Below are positions 21,259 to 30,854 of a stretch of DNA of 64,000 nucleotides, piece by piece. The position numbers and the translations under genes are program-made. The stretch's first letter is position 1. Every line of letters starts with the position of its first letter. The notes under the pieces are model-generated. The model was not told the DNA's origin and searched no databases. It saw only the letters and a program-made list of their open reading frames with translations. The DNA is from Candidatus Marinacidobacterales bacterium (GTDB taxonomy: Bacteria; Acidobacteriota; Vicinamibacteria; Marinacidobacterales; SMYC01), in the NCBI GenBank assembly GCA_965224085.1, contig CBDCYI010000009.1:608001-672000 (forward strand), in the 5' to 3' direction.

Positions 21259-22425
21259 ATGTCATCGTTACGAGCCGTGAAGTCCGTGTTGTTTGTCTGC
21301 ACCGTGTTCCTGCTGGCCGGCTGCGCGTCGGAATCAGAGGCTCCGGAGGCTACGGCGGAGCCGCCGGCGATGCCCACCGGTAACCCAATCACTGGAGAAG
21401 GGCTGCCGAACCCGGCCCCGACCGTGACGACGAACTGGGGTACGCTGCCCGAGGGGCGAGAGTGGGGCTCGACCGCCGGTATCGACATCGCTCCGATCGA
21501 CGGGCACATCTGGGCGTATGAGCGCTGCGGCGCGGGCACGTTCGGTGCCGGGACTCCCGTCAACTGCGACAACAACCCGGTGGACCCGATCTTCAAGTTC
21601 GACCGAAACACCGGCGAGGTGCTCGCCAACTTCGGCGGCGGCGTCATGGTCACCCCGCACGGCATCCACGTCGACGCCGAAGGCAACGTCTGGGTGACGG
21701 ACTTCGCCGGGAACACCGAGGGGACGAAGGGGCATCAGGTGCACAAGTTCAGCCCCGACGGCGAGCTCCTGATGAGTCTCGGCACGCCGGGGCAGCCCGG
21801 CAGCGGCCCGAACCAATTCAACCAGCCCAACGACGTGATCACCGCGCCGAACGGGAACGTCTTCGTCGCCGACGGCCACAGCGGTCAGGGTATGACGACC
21901 TACCAGGCGATGCAGGAAGGCCTCGAGGCAGGGCAGACGGCCCGCATCCTCAAGTTCTCGCCAGACGGGACCTTCATCAAAGAGTGGGGCCAGATCGGCG
22001 TCCGGCACGGTGAGTTCCGGACGCCGCACGGGCTGGCCTTCGATTCGCAGGGTCGCCTCTGGGTCGCGGACCGCGCCAATCACCGCCTCGAGATCTTCGA
22101 CCAGGAGGGCAACTACCTCGAGTCGCGTTACGCGTACGGGCGCATCAGCGGCATCTTCATCAAAGACGACAAGGTGTACGCGATCGACTCCGAGTCGAGC
22201 CCGACCAACCACCCGAACTGGCGGAACGGTGTCCGCATCGGACCGGTGGACGGGGATTACATCACCGCCTTCATTCCGCCGTTCGAGCGTGAGAACAGGG
22301 TCTATCAGGGCACAGCGGGCGAGGGCGTCGCGGTCGACGTGGACGGCAACGTGTACGCCGCGGAAGGGCCGAACTCGCTGAGCTACGCCGGTGGCGCGTT
22401 TACCAAGTACTCGGTGGGCAGGTAG
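21259..22425 (+). CDS. NHL-repeat beta-propeller lipoprotein (peptidyl-alpha-hydroxyglycine lyase-like)
   Basis: Lipobox LAGC; PHGIHVDAEGNVWVTD, FNQPNDV and FRTPHGLAFDSQGRLWVADR repeats. Confidence 0.88.
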   Translation: MSSLRAVKSVLFVCTVFLLAGCASESEAPEATAEPPAMPTGNPITGEGLPNPAPTVTTNWGTLPEGREWGSTAGIDIAPIDGHIWAYERCGAGTFGAGTPVNCDNNPVDPIFKFDRNTGEVLANFGGGVMVTPHGIHVDAEGNVWVTDFAGNTEGTKGHQVHKFSPDGELLMSLGTPGQPGSGPNQFNQPNDVITAPNGNVFVADGHSGQGMTTYQAMQEGLEAGQTARILKFSPDGTFIKEWGQIGVRHGEFRTPHGLAFDSQGRLWVADRANHRLEIFDQEGNYLESRYAYGRISGIFIKDDKVYAIDSESSPTNHPNWRNGVRIGPVDGDYITAFIPPFERENRVYQGTAGEGVAVDVDGNVYAAEGPNSLSYAGGAFTKYSVGR

Positions 22426-22586
22426 TAGCCCGGGCCCGCGGGTGCTTCCGCTATTAAGTGTTGGGAGTATGGTGCTAAGGCTTTTGGTTACAACAAATTA
22501 CAGCCCAATTAGCGCTCGTTACCTTTGCTGCGCGCCAAATCGGGCGTAAGCGCATTTCTTGCAAGAGGATGCATGCCATCACCAAC

Positions 22587-23392
22587 GGTATTGTCAAGTT
22601 GACGTTGAGCGAGCGAACCTATTGCGTCGAGCTGACTTCCTTTGCTCTCATCGGACGGCACAGGTTACCTCCTGCCAGACGATGAAAGCGCGGTCTCGTA
22701 GCTCCCGATGATGATGCGCTTGCAACAAATGCCGTCCGACGCGAAAGAGGTTTTGCACGAGTCCATGCACGGTCAAGAATCGTTGCGCCTGCCCAGGAGC
22801 TTTAAACTTCCGCATCTGTCGTTCCCGTTGTCGCGTCGGTTCGTGCGAGACTTCGGCTAGGTTGTTTCTGTACTGGTCAGTGTCGTGGACGACGGACGGC
22901 ATGACCTCGCGGTGAGCGGCACTGTAGCTTCTCAGTTTGTCGGTGACCAGCTGCCAGGGCGGACGGCCTTGCCCTTTCAACAGCTTGCGGAAGAATCGTT
23001 TGGCGGCTTTCTGATCACGGCGAGGCTGGACGAGGATATCAATCACATCACCATCTTGGTCTACCGCGCGCCAGAGGTATTGGCGTTCGCCTTGTATCTT
23101 TATGAAGACCTCGTCCAGGAGCCACGTGTCACCAAGGCGACCCTGCCGACGCTTCAGTCGCCGAGCGTATTCCGGCCCGAACTTGATGCACCAAAGTCGG
23201 ATCGCTTCGTAGGAAACCGTGATGCCTCGCTGAGCAAGCAGCTCTTCGACGTTTCGAAAGCTCACGCAGAATCGGTGGTAGAGCCAGACGGCGTGGCTGA
23301 TGATTTCCGGTGGAAATCGATAGCCGTGGTAGCTTGGCGCATCGGTCTTCATTGGACCATTCTGTCAGTCACCAGCTCAATTTGACAGCAAT
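22587..23392 (-). mobile_element. IS6-family element
   Basis: Ends ggtattgtcaagttga / tcaatttgacagca enclose the transposase. Confidence 0.85.
22648..23352 (-). CDS. IS6-family transposase
   Basis: YRFPPEIISHAVWLY, WLLDEVF, YLWRAVDQDG, TDKLRSY and NNLAEVSH motifs. Confidence 0.92.
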   Translation of the reverse strand: MKTDAPSYHGYRFPPEIISHAVWLYHRFCVSFRNVEELLAQRGITVSYEAIRLWCIKFGPEYARRLKRRQGRLGDTWLLDEVFIKIQGERQYLWRAVDQDGDVIDILVQPRRDQKAAKRFFRKLLKGQGRPPWQLVTDKLRSYSAAHREVMPSVVHDTDQYRNNLAEVSHEPTRQRERQMRKFKAPGQAQRFLTVHGLVQNLFRVGRHLLQAHHHRELRDRAFIVWQEVTCAVR

Positions 23393-23469
23393 GGCACCGC
23401 CCGTGCGGGCGGAGGTCATCGGGGAGTGACCGAAATCGTTCGTTCACTCGAAAGTACCCTTCGCGGGAA

Positions 23470-23628
23470 GTGTGCAGGAGCGTGTAGTGCGGGAAAGCCG
23501 CACGCTGCGTGCGATGTGGCGGGGGCTGGAAACGGACTTACGGTGCGGCTAGTGAGGCACTCCCACAGGAAACGGGGAGAAACAGATAGGCCGCGCCTAC
23601 GGAGCACCGCGCCAGCCCTCGACCCTAC
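23470..23628 (+). ncRNA. Group II intron 3' remnant (domains V-VI), no reverse transcriptase
   Basis: DV-like gcgtgtagtgcgggaaagccgcacgctgcgtgc followed by DVI ggggctggaaacgg...ccagccctcgaccctac. Confidence 0.8.
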
Positions 23629-23752
23629 CGGGAGCGTAAGCGCCTCTTTTGCAAAGGGATGCGTACACATCACCAACAGTAAACAGCGCAAGCACCAGCA
23701 CCGGCCATCGTGCCTCTCTCCTATCCTAGGAGGGCACCGTTCACGATTTTAC

Positions 23753-23810
23753 TTGACCGACCGACTTAGTCAGACGTAGGATCCTTAAAGTGGTAATGAA
23801 ATTCAATTTC
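23753..23810 (+). promoter_or_regulatory. Sigma70-like promoter with a downstream Fur-box-like operator
   Basis: TTGACC (23753)-18 bp-TAGGAT (23777); GGTAATGAAATTCAATTTC at 23792-23810 matches GATAATGATAATCATTATC at 14/19. Confidence 0.6.
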
Positions 23811-23915
23811 AACAGTGCCCAATTGCTGCAGAGACGCCGGGCACACGCTCTACAGAGACGTCGCCTGTTACGAACGAACGGTGGAGAGGCTGATGAAGTG
23901 TTCTAAACCCTGAGG

Positions 23916-23953
23916 CAAAAAACGCTCGCCGGATGTTGCCACACCCGGCGAGC
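23916..23953 (-). terminator. Rho-independent terminator-like hairpin
   Basis: gctcgccgg...ccggcgagc stem next to A6 (a U-tract on the minus strand). Confidence 0.45.
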
Positions 23954-24063
23954 TTGCACGAACGCACGGTCCACAAACCTAATCACACATGAAGATGCGC
24001 GACAACGCTCGCTCACTGCATTTTAGCGGCGAGAGGGTGTGGCGCGCAACTAAGAGGAGTGCC

Positions 24064-25345
24064 ATGACTCATATCGCTCGGCTTCTATTGTGCTCGACCC
24101 TCTTTCTCTCACCCGTCGGCTCGACGCTCGCTGCAGCGGCTGATGAGCAACTCGGCGTGTTGGTCGTGGCTCATGGCTCGACGGCGGCGTGGAATGCCAA
24201 CGTCGAAGCCGTGGGGACGATTATTCAACAACACATGCCATCTAAAGCGGCGTACCTGATGGGTGCGAAGAACCGCACACCGCAGGAGGCGTACGACGAA
24301 CTGGTCGCGGCTGGTGTCCAGCGGATTGTCGTCGTGCCGCTCCTGGTGTCTTCCTACAACTCGCACTACGAACAGGTCCGCTTCATTGGCCGCCTTCGCG
24401 ACGATTACCCGGGCTCCGAACGGATGAAACTCACGCCGCTGCACGGGCCTGCTGACGTTGTCGACGTTACGCCGGCGCTTGATGCAGATCCGATCCTCGC
24501 TGACATCTTGTCCGACCGGGCGCGTGCGCTCAGTCGTGACCCATCCACGGAAAGCCTCGTCATCGTGGCACACGGGCCGAACAGCGCCGCAGACGCAGAC
24601 CGGTGGATGGACGTGATCCGAGAACTTGGTGTCCAAATCCTGTCCCTCGTGCCGTTTAAGGAGGTCGACGTCCGCCTCTTGCGGGACGATGCGCCCACAC
24701 CGGTCAAAGACCAGGCGCTCGCGGAGCTCAGACACTCGGTGGCCAACCGTTCAGCGTCGGGGCGGGTCGTCGTCGTGCCGCTCTTGCTCGGGCCGGGACG
24801 CGTCGTCGACCAGATACCCAATGTACTCACTGGATTGGATTACCTCTGGGACGGTCGACCCGTGCTCCCGGACAGCCGGATCGCTGACTGGGTCATGTTC
24901 CAGGTCGAGCATGTATCGGCGCAGCAAGATGCAGCCAGCCGGCAGTCGACAGATGATTTGCTGACTTTCTTCGATTCCGTGACCGTGACCGCGACGCTCC
25001 GGCCGTCGCCGGTACGGGAGATCCCCGGCATGGTGACGGTCGTCGACAGCGAGGTCATTCAGGCGAGGCTATTCGAGAACCTGTCTGATCTCGTCAAGTA
25101 CGAACCCGGGGTGTACATCGAAAACAATATGACCCGTCTTGGTCTCAACGGATTCAACATCCGCGGCATCGGAAGGGATCGCGTGATGACGCAGGTGGAC
25201 GGCATTCAGACGTCGGAGCAGTTCGACTTCGGGCCTTTCAGCGTGCATCAGCTGGCGCTCGATCTCGATGCGTTGAAATCCGTCGAGATCGTGCGGAGTT
25301 CCAACTCGGCGCTCTACGGCAGCGATGCCCTCGGCGGCGTGGTGT
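24064..25345 (+). pseudogene. Secreted CbiX/SirB-like class II chelatase domain in frame with a TonB-dependent (heme-type) receptor plug; truncated by IS5
   Basis: Signal peptide; VVAHGS, VVVPLLVSSYNSH and IVAHGP motifs; then TonB box DSVTVTA, FNIRG and VEIVRSSNSALYGSDALGGVV; the IS starts at 25346. Confidence 0.8.
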
Positions 25346-26432
25346 TGCCTTGGTGCACAACTCCGATAGAGGCCGAGAGCTCGCTTGGCCCCGACTCCCA
25401 TCACCCGATCATCTCGCTATCAGGCATCCCGAGCGCCGTCATGGTGTTGAGAATCTTGCACCCGATCCTTGCCTCGACTCTCTGTGCCGCCAACCCTCTC
25501 GCTCGCATCGCTGAGCCCACGATAGCCTTGTAGCGATGGAACGTTGTCTCGACTTTGCTCCGTTTGCTGTAGCCCGATTCTGTGTGCCACTTTCGTTTGC
25601 CGAGCCGAGCTTGTGCTGCAATGTTGCGATTGCGCTGTCGGCTGCTCGCCGGCCCCGATGCGAGCAGGGCGCCCTTGCGCGGCGGTATCAGCACCCTCGG
25701 CGAGCGATGAGCGCTGTGATTCTCGATTGCCTCATAGACGCCGCTGGCGTCGTATGCGGTGTCAGCTCTGGCCGATGAGATGGGACTGTCGCTCTGTCCG
25801 ACAAGCGATGCAACCCGCGATGAATCGCGGGCTCTTTTGCTCGTCAGCTCGCCGGCGACGACTTCGCCAGTCTGCTCGTCGACACACAGATGGAGCTTGC
25901 GATAGTCCCTGCTCTTTTGTGCTCTGCGCAGCTGGCCGGCGTGGACAGCGAGACCGCTGCTGTCGATCAAGATGTGCAACGGCGTCTTCTGCTTGTCTTG
26001 GTAGAAGGGGACCTTACCCAGCTTCGCCTTGCGCCTCGAAATCGTGGTGTGATCGGGCACATCATTGTCTAGCTTCATCAGAGCGAACAACGACCGCAGC
26101 AATCCCTCGCTCTGCCTAGATGACAGATGAAACACCATGCCCAGGGTGACAGCCGTCTCGATGGCGTGGTTCGAGTACTTGCGTTGACGGCCCGGTTTCC
26201 TCCTCCTCGGCCGGGGCGCGTCCCAGTTCACAAGCTTGCCGGCGGTGAGCGAGATCCAGACGGTCAGGCTCCCACGGTTGCGTAGACCCGCCTCATATTC
26301 ACGCCAATTCCTCACGCGATAGGCCTTCTTCACATACTTCCGCTGAGTGCGTTTGAAAATGCTCATGGGGAACCTCGAATCCGTGAGTAAAGGACAATTG
26401 TGGACCGAGATCGCGAGTTGTGCACCAAGGCA
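25346..26432 (-). mobile_element. IS5 family, IS903 group, type B, complete (1087 bp)
   Basis: Inverted ends tgccttggtgcacaactc; no target duplication. Confidence 0.92.
25401..26366 (-). CDS. IS5/IS903-group transposase, type B
   Basis: NWREYEAGLRNRGSLTVW, PDHTTISRR, IDSSG, ADTAYD and RSKVE motifs. Confidence 0.92.
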   Translation of the reverse strand: MSIFKRTQRKYVKKAYRVRNWREYEAGLRNRGSLTVWISLTAGKLVNWDAPRPRRRKPGRQRKYSNHAIETAVTLGMVFHLSSRQSEGLLRSLFALMKLDNDVPDHTTISRRKAKLGKVPFYQDKQKTPLHILIDSSGLAVHAGQLRRAQKSRDYRKLHLCVDEQTGEVVAGELTSKRARDSSRVASLVGQSDSPISSARADTAYDASGVYEAIENHSAHRSPRVLIPPRKGALLASGPASSRQRNRNIAAQARLGKRKWHTESGYSKRSKVETTFHRYKAIVGSAMRARGLAAQRVEARIGCKILNTMTALGMPDSEMIG

Positions 26433-26634
26433 ACACATTGATGATGCTGTGGATCTACGTTAACGAGGTCAACAAGATGCTCGCATGGAACAACTTTAAC
26501 CTCCTGAATTACCTACCGCCATTGGCCTTCTTCATAAGCAGGGATGGTGTTGACAATTAGGTGGTGCGGACTCCAATTATTTCCGTTTCGTCCATTAACC
26601 CCAATGGTTGGTGTATGACCAACGCATAGTGTAG

Positions 26635-26661
26635 GGTAGAAGGTGTATATTTTATTCTACC
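26635..26661. promoter_or_regulatory. Inverted repeat upstream of vapB, a probable autoregulatory operator
   Basis: ggtagaa-13 bp-ttctacc immediately before the RBS. Confidence 0.45.
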
Positions 26662-26668
26662 TGGAGAG

Positions 26669-26932
26669 ATGGTGATGGGCCTCAACATCAAGAATGACGA
26701 AACCTGTCAACTTGCTGGCGAACTGGCGCGGTTGACTGGCGAGACCATGACTGGCGCGATTACCGTCGCGCTGCGCGAACGCCTCGAGCGCGAGAAACGC
26801 GAGCGCAGCATCGAGGCTCGAGTTCAAGAACTGCGTGCCATCGCAAAGCGCTGTGCCAAGCTGCTGGGCCCGGGACCCTCGGCCGTGGAGCATGGCGATG
26901 TGCTCTACGACGAGCGAGGATTGCCCAAGTGA
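26669..26932 (+). CDS. vapB: Type II antitoxin VapB (Rv0623-like)
   Basis: LNIKNDET...LARLTGETMTGAI...LYDERGLP; overlaps the toxin start. Confidence 0.88.
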   Translation: MVMGLNIKNDETCQLAGELARLTGETMTGAITVALRERLEREKRERSIEARVQELRAIAKRCAKLLGPGPSAVEHGDVLYDERGLPK

Positions 26933-27315
26933 TCGTCGATAGCTCGGCGGTGCTCGCCGTTCTGTACCGCGAGCCGGACGCGGAACGCTACGAGACGGCG
27001 ATCGCCGCTGCCCTGAATTGCCGCATGTCGGTCGCCAATGTGCTGGAGGCATCCATCGTTGTGGAAGGCCGCGGCGGCGAAGCGGCGGGGCATGAACTCG
27101 ATGTGTTCCTGGACAAGGCCGGGATCGCGTTGACGCCGGTCATGGTCGAACATATTGAAGCAGCCCGCTTGGCTTGGCGGCGCTTCGGCAAGGGCAATCA
27201 CCAGGCGGCGCTGAATTTCGGTGACTGTTTCGCCTACGCGCTCGCGAAAACGACGGGTGAGCCGCTCCTGTTCAAGGGCAAGGACTTCGCCCAAACAGAT
27301 ATCGAGCCGGCATGA
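26929..27315 (+). CDS. vapC: PIN-domain toxin VapC
   Basis: MIVDSSAVLA...RFGKGNHQAALNFGDCFAYALA...LLFKGKDF. Confidence 0.92.
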   Translation: MIVDSSAVLAVLYREPDAERYETAIAAALNCRMSVANVLEASIVVEGRGGEAAGHELDVFLDKAGIALTPVMVEHIEAARLAWRRFGKGNHQAALNFGDCFAYALAKTTGEPLLFKGKDFAQTDIEPA

Positions 27316-27656
27316 GCGAAAGCCCAGATTATAGCTTCCCTGCCTTGGCGGGCCGCGCGTGCTGGCAGCGCAGGATCTGAACGAGCTGGTCGCGGAACTC
27401 GCCTCGCGACCCGGAGAGACATCGTTTGCTGGCCGCTAAATTAGCGGCGGGCCGAGGTTATCCGCGCCTTGCGCAAGCCGCTTCAAATCCTCGGCCAACG
27501 CTTCGGTCCGCCCCAGCGGCGACTTCCGGAGCCTGTCCCCTTGCTACACGACCAGCTTGTTTTTTGTACAGTGAGTTGTTTGAGTTCCTTGTCCGGTTTC
27601 GTTATTTGTCCCCTTAGAGTTGTTCGAGGTCTGACCGGCGAATCCGCCACCCGCCG

Positions 27657-27683
27657 GCCTTGATTGCCTTGATTGCCTTGATT
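27657..27683. repeat. Short tandem repeat (gccttgatt) x3
   Basis: Read directly from the sequence. Confidence 0.8.
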
Positions 27684-27740
27684 TTCCCGCTCTTAATTTC
27701 CCGCACCAGCCACGCTTTAGGCATTCTGCGCCCGAAGGGT

Positions 27741-28556
27741 GGCGTTGTTGCACCGCTCTTGGCTGAGCGCGAAATCTACCCTATGGTGGTGGCCGAGGTA
27801 ATGTTCGACCATGAAGTATCCCAAGCGCAGCCAGTACAAACACGCGAAACAGAAGAAGTACCACGTTTCCAACTGGGCGGAATACAACGAAGGGCTGCGC
27901 CGCCGGGGCGATTTGACGGTTTGGTTTGACGAGGAGGCAATCGCGAACTGGAAGGCCGACAAGAGCGGTAAGCTTGGCGGTCAACGGGTCTATTCAGAGA
28001 TGGCGATTGAAACGGGCCTGGTTGTCCGGATGGTGTACAAGCTTGCCTACCGCCAAACCGAAGGCTTCTTGCACTCGATCGCCTCGCTTCTCCGGCTGTG
28101 TATCGAGATCCCGGACTACTCGACGTTGTGTCGGCGGTCGAGGCTGCTCCGCAAGAAGCTGCGGATTCGGAAAGCCGCAAGCAATCAACCAATCCACCTG
28201 ATGATCGATAGCACGGGCTTGAGGATTCATGTTGGAACCACCCGCAAACCGCCAAAGCAGCGCGCCTGGCGCAAGTTGCACATCGCCGTTGATCGCAAGA
28301 CCGGCAACATTGTTGCGTCCGAACTGACGGTGTCACGAGCTCGCGACGCAACGCGAGTCCCCCCTTTGCTAACACAGATTCAAGCACCTATAGCGTCGGT
28401 GGCGGCGGACAGTGCATACGACAAGGAAGCGGTCTACGAAGCCATCGAAGCGCACAGCCCTGAACGAAGGACGCGCGTGGTGATTCCGCCGCAACGAAAC
28501 GCCACGCTCAGTCAGAATTCGAACACCGCAATGCGGGAACGCGACCGCCATATTCG
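27741..28556 (+). mobile_element. IS5 type A, 5' part only
   Basis: Left end at 27741; the transposase stops matching at RDRHIR, where a type B element begins; the 3' remainder is absent. Confidence 0.9.
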
Positions 28557-29643
28557 TGCCTTGGTGCACAACTCGCGATTTCGGTCCACAATTGTCCTTT
28601 ACTCACGGATTCGAGGTTCCCCATGAGCATTTTCAAACGCACTCAGCGGAAGTATGTGAAGAAGGCCTATCGCGTGAGGAATTGGCGTGAATATGAGGCG
28701 GGTCTACGCAATCGCGGGAGCCTGACCGTCTGGATCTCGCTCACCGCCGGCAAGCTTGTGAACTGGGACGCGCCCCGGCCGAGGAGGAGGAAACCGGGCC
28801 GTCAACGCAAGTACTCGAACCACGCCATCGAGACGGCTGTCACCCTGGGCATGGTGTTTCATCTGTCATCTAGGCAGAGCGAGGGATTGCTGCGGTCGTT
28901 GTTCGCTCTGATGAAGCTAGACAATGATGTGCCCGATCACACCACGATCTCGAGGCGCAAGGCGAAGCTGGATAAGGTCCCCTTCTACCAAGACAAGCAG
29001 AAGACGCCGTTGCACATCTTGATCGACAGCAGCGGTCTCGCTGTCCACGCCGGCCAGCTGCGCAGAGCACCAAATAGCAGGGACTATCGCAAGCTCCATC
29101 TGTGTGTCGACGAGCAGACGGGCGAAGTCGTCGCCGGCGAGCTGACGAGCAAAAGAGCCCGCGATTCATCGCAGGTTGCATCGCTTGTCGGACAGAGCGA
29201 CAGTCCCATCTCATCGGCCAGAGCTGACACCGCATACGACGCCAGCGGCGTCTATGAGGCAATCGAGAATCACAGCGCTCATCGCTCGCCGAGGGTGCTG
29301 ATACCGCCGCGCAAGGGCGCCCAGCTCGCATCGGGGCCGGCGAGCAGCCGACAGCGCAATCGCAACATTGCAGCACAAGCTCGGCTCGGCAAACGAAAGT
29401 GGCACACAGAATCGGGCTACAGCAAACGGAGCAAAGTCGAGACAACGTTCCATCGCTACAAGGCTATCGTGGGCTCAGCGATGCGAGCGAGAGGGTTGGC
29501 GGCACAAAGAGTCGAGGCAAGGATCGGGTGCAAGATTCTCAACACGATGACGGCGCTCGGGATGCCTGATAGCGAGATGATCGGATGATGGGAGTCGGGG
29601 CCAAGCGAGCTCTCGGCCTCTATCGGAGTTGTGCACCAAGGCA
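28557..29643 (+). mobile_element. IS5 type B, complete (1087 bp); transposase at 28623-29588
   Basis: Inverted ends tgccttggtgcacaactc; intact 321-aa ORF; no target duplication. Confidence 0.92.
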
Positions 29644-30854
29644 GAGTCGTTCCGGTTCTTGGGTCAAACGGACGCGTGGGTTTTCATAATGCAGCGAACA
29701 CAAAGGCTCCTTGCATCGTGATCGGACGAAAGGGATCGTTCGGGAAGGTAAACTATTCTGAACGCCCTGTGTTTGCAATCGATACAACTTTCTTTGTGGA
29801 TAACCGTTTTTCATCAGCTCATATTCGGTGGCTTTTTTTCCTCTTTGGTTGGCTTCGTCTGGATGAGGTAACGAGAGACTCAGCGGTACCTGGTCTCGAC
29901 CGGGAGGATGCTTACCAGAAGCTCATAGTAGTGCCTCCTTTTTCAGAGCAAGCCGCCATCGTCCGCTACCTCGACCATGCGGATCGTCGCATCCAGCGCT
30001 ACATCCGCGCCAAGCAGAAGCTGATCACGCTGCTGGAGGAGCAGAAGCAGGCCATCATCCAGCGCGCCGTGACGCGCGGCCTCGACCCCAACGTCCGCCT
30101 CAAGCCCTCCGGCGTGGAGTGGCTGGGGAAAGTGCCGACGCATTGGGAAAGGCGAAGACTGAAGATTCTTCTCCGACCGGTTGACCGACGATCTGCCACT
30201 GGAGCGGAGACACTCCTGTCGTTGCGACGAGACCACGGAATCGTTATTTACGCTGAGCACTTCGCCAGACCTTCACAGAGCAGGTCCTTGGTGGGGTTTA
30301 AGCTCGTTGCCGTGGGTCAGCTAGTCGTCAACCGTCTCCAGGCTAACAATGGGTTGGTCTTTTGCTCGGGTATTAACGGGCTCGTGAGCCCTGACTACTC
30401 TGTGTTCGAGATGAGAAAACCACTCCAGATGCAGTACCTGAGCGATCTTCTTAGAACTTCTCGCTATCGTTCGCACTTCCGGCGAGAGTCCACAGGGCTC
30501 GGTACTGGGACCGCAGGTTTTCTACGACTTTATGACGACAAATTTCTTGAGACGGAAGTGTTCTTGCCGCCAGTACAGGAGCAGATTCTGATATCCAACT
30601 CACTCGCAAACGATATTGCCAAAGTCAAGCGTCTGATGGAACAACAGCAGCGGCAGCTACAGTTCTTTAATGAGTTCCGAACTCGGCTGATTACCGATGT
30701 CGTTACCGGCAAGCTCGATGTGCGGGAGGCGGCCTCCCGGCTGCCGGACGAGGTCGAGGAACCGGAGCCGCTAGACGAGACCGACGCCCTCACCGACGGC
30801 GAGGAAGAGCCCACCGACGATCGCGACGCCGCCCCCGAAGAGGCCGCGGTGTGA
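29644..30854 (+). pseudogene. hsdS: Type I restriction-modification specificity subunit, N-terminally truncated by IS5
   Basis: IGRKGSFG, PPFSEQAAIVRYLD, AVTRGLDPNVRLKPSGVEWLGKVP and LITDVVTGKLDVR; the apparent start lies inside the IS end. Confidence 0.88.

Noticed and set aside
23403-23628. Complete miniature group II intron starting at GTGCG (23403)
   Set aside because: The segment before domain V is too short for domains I-IV and ends like an IS110 right end; the GTGCG is probably coincidental.
27530-27740. tgtcccct motifs and (gccttgatt)x3 as a REP/RAYT element
   Set aside because: No associated transposase and too little sequence to support a call.
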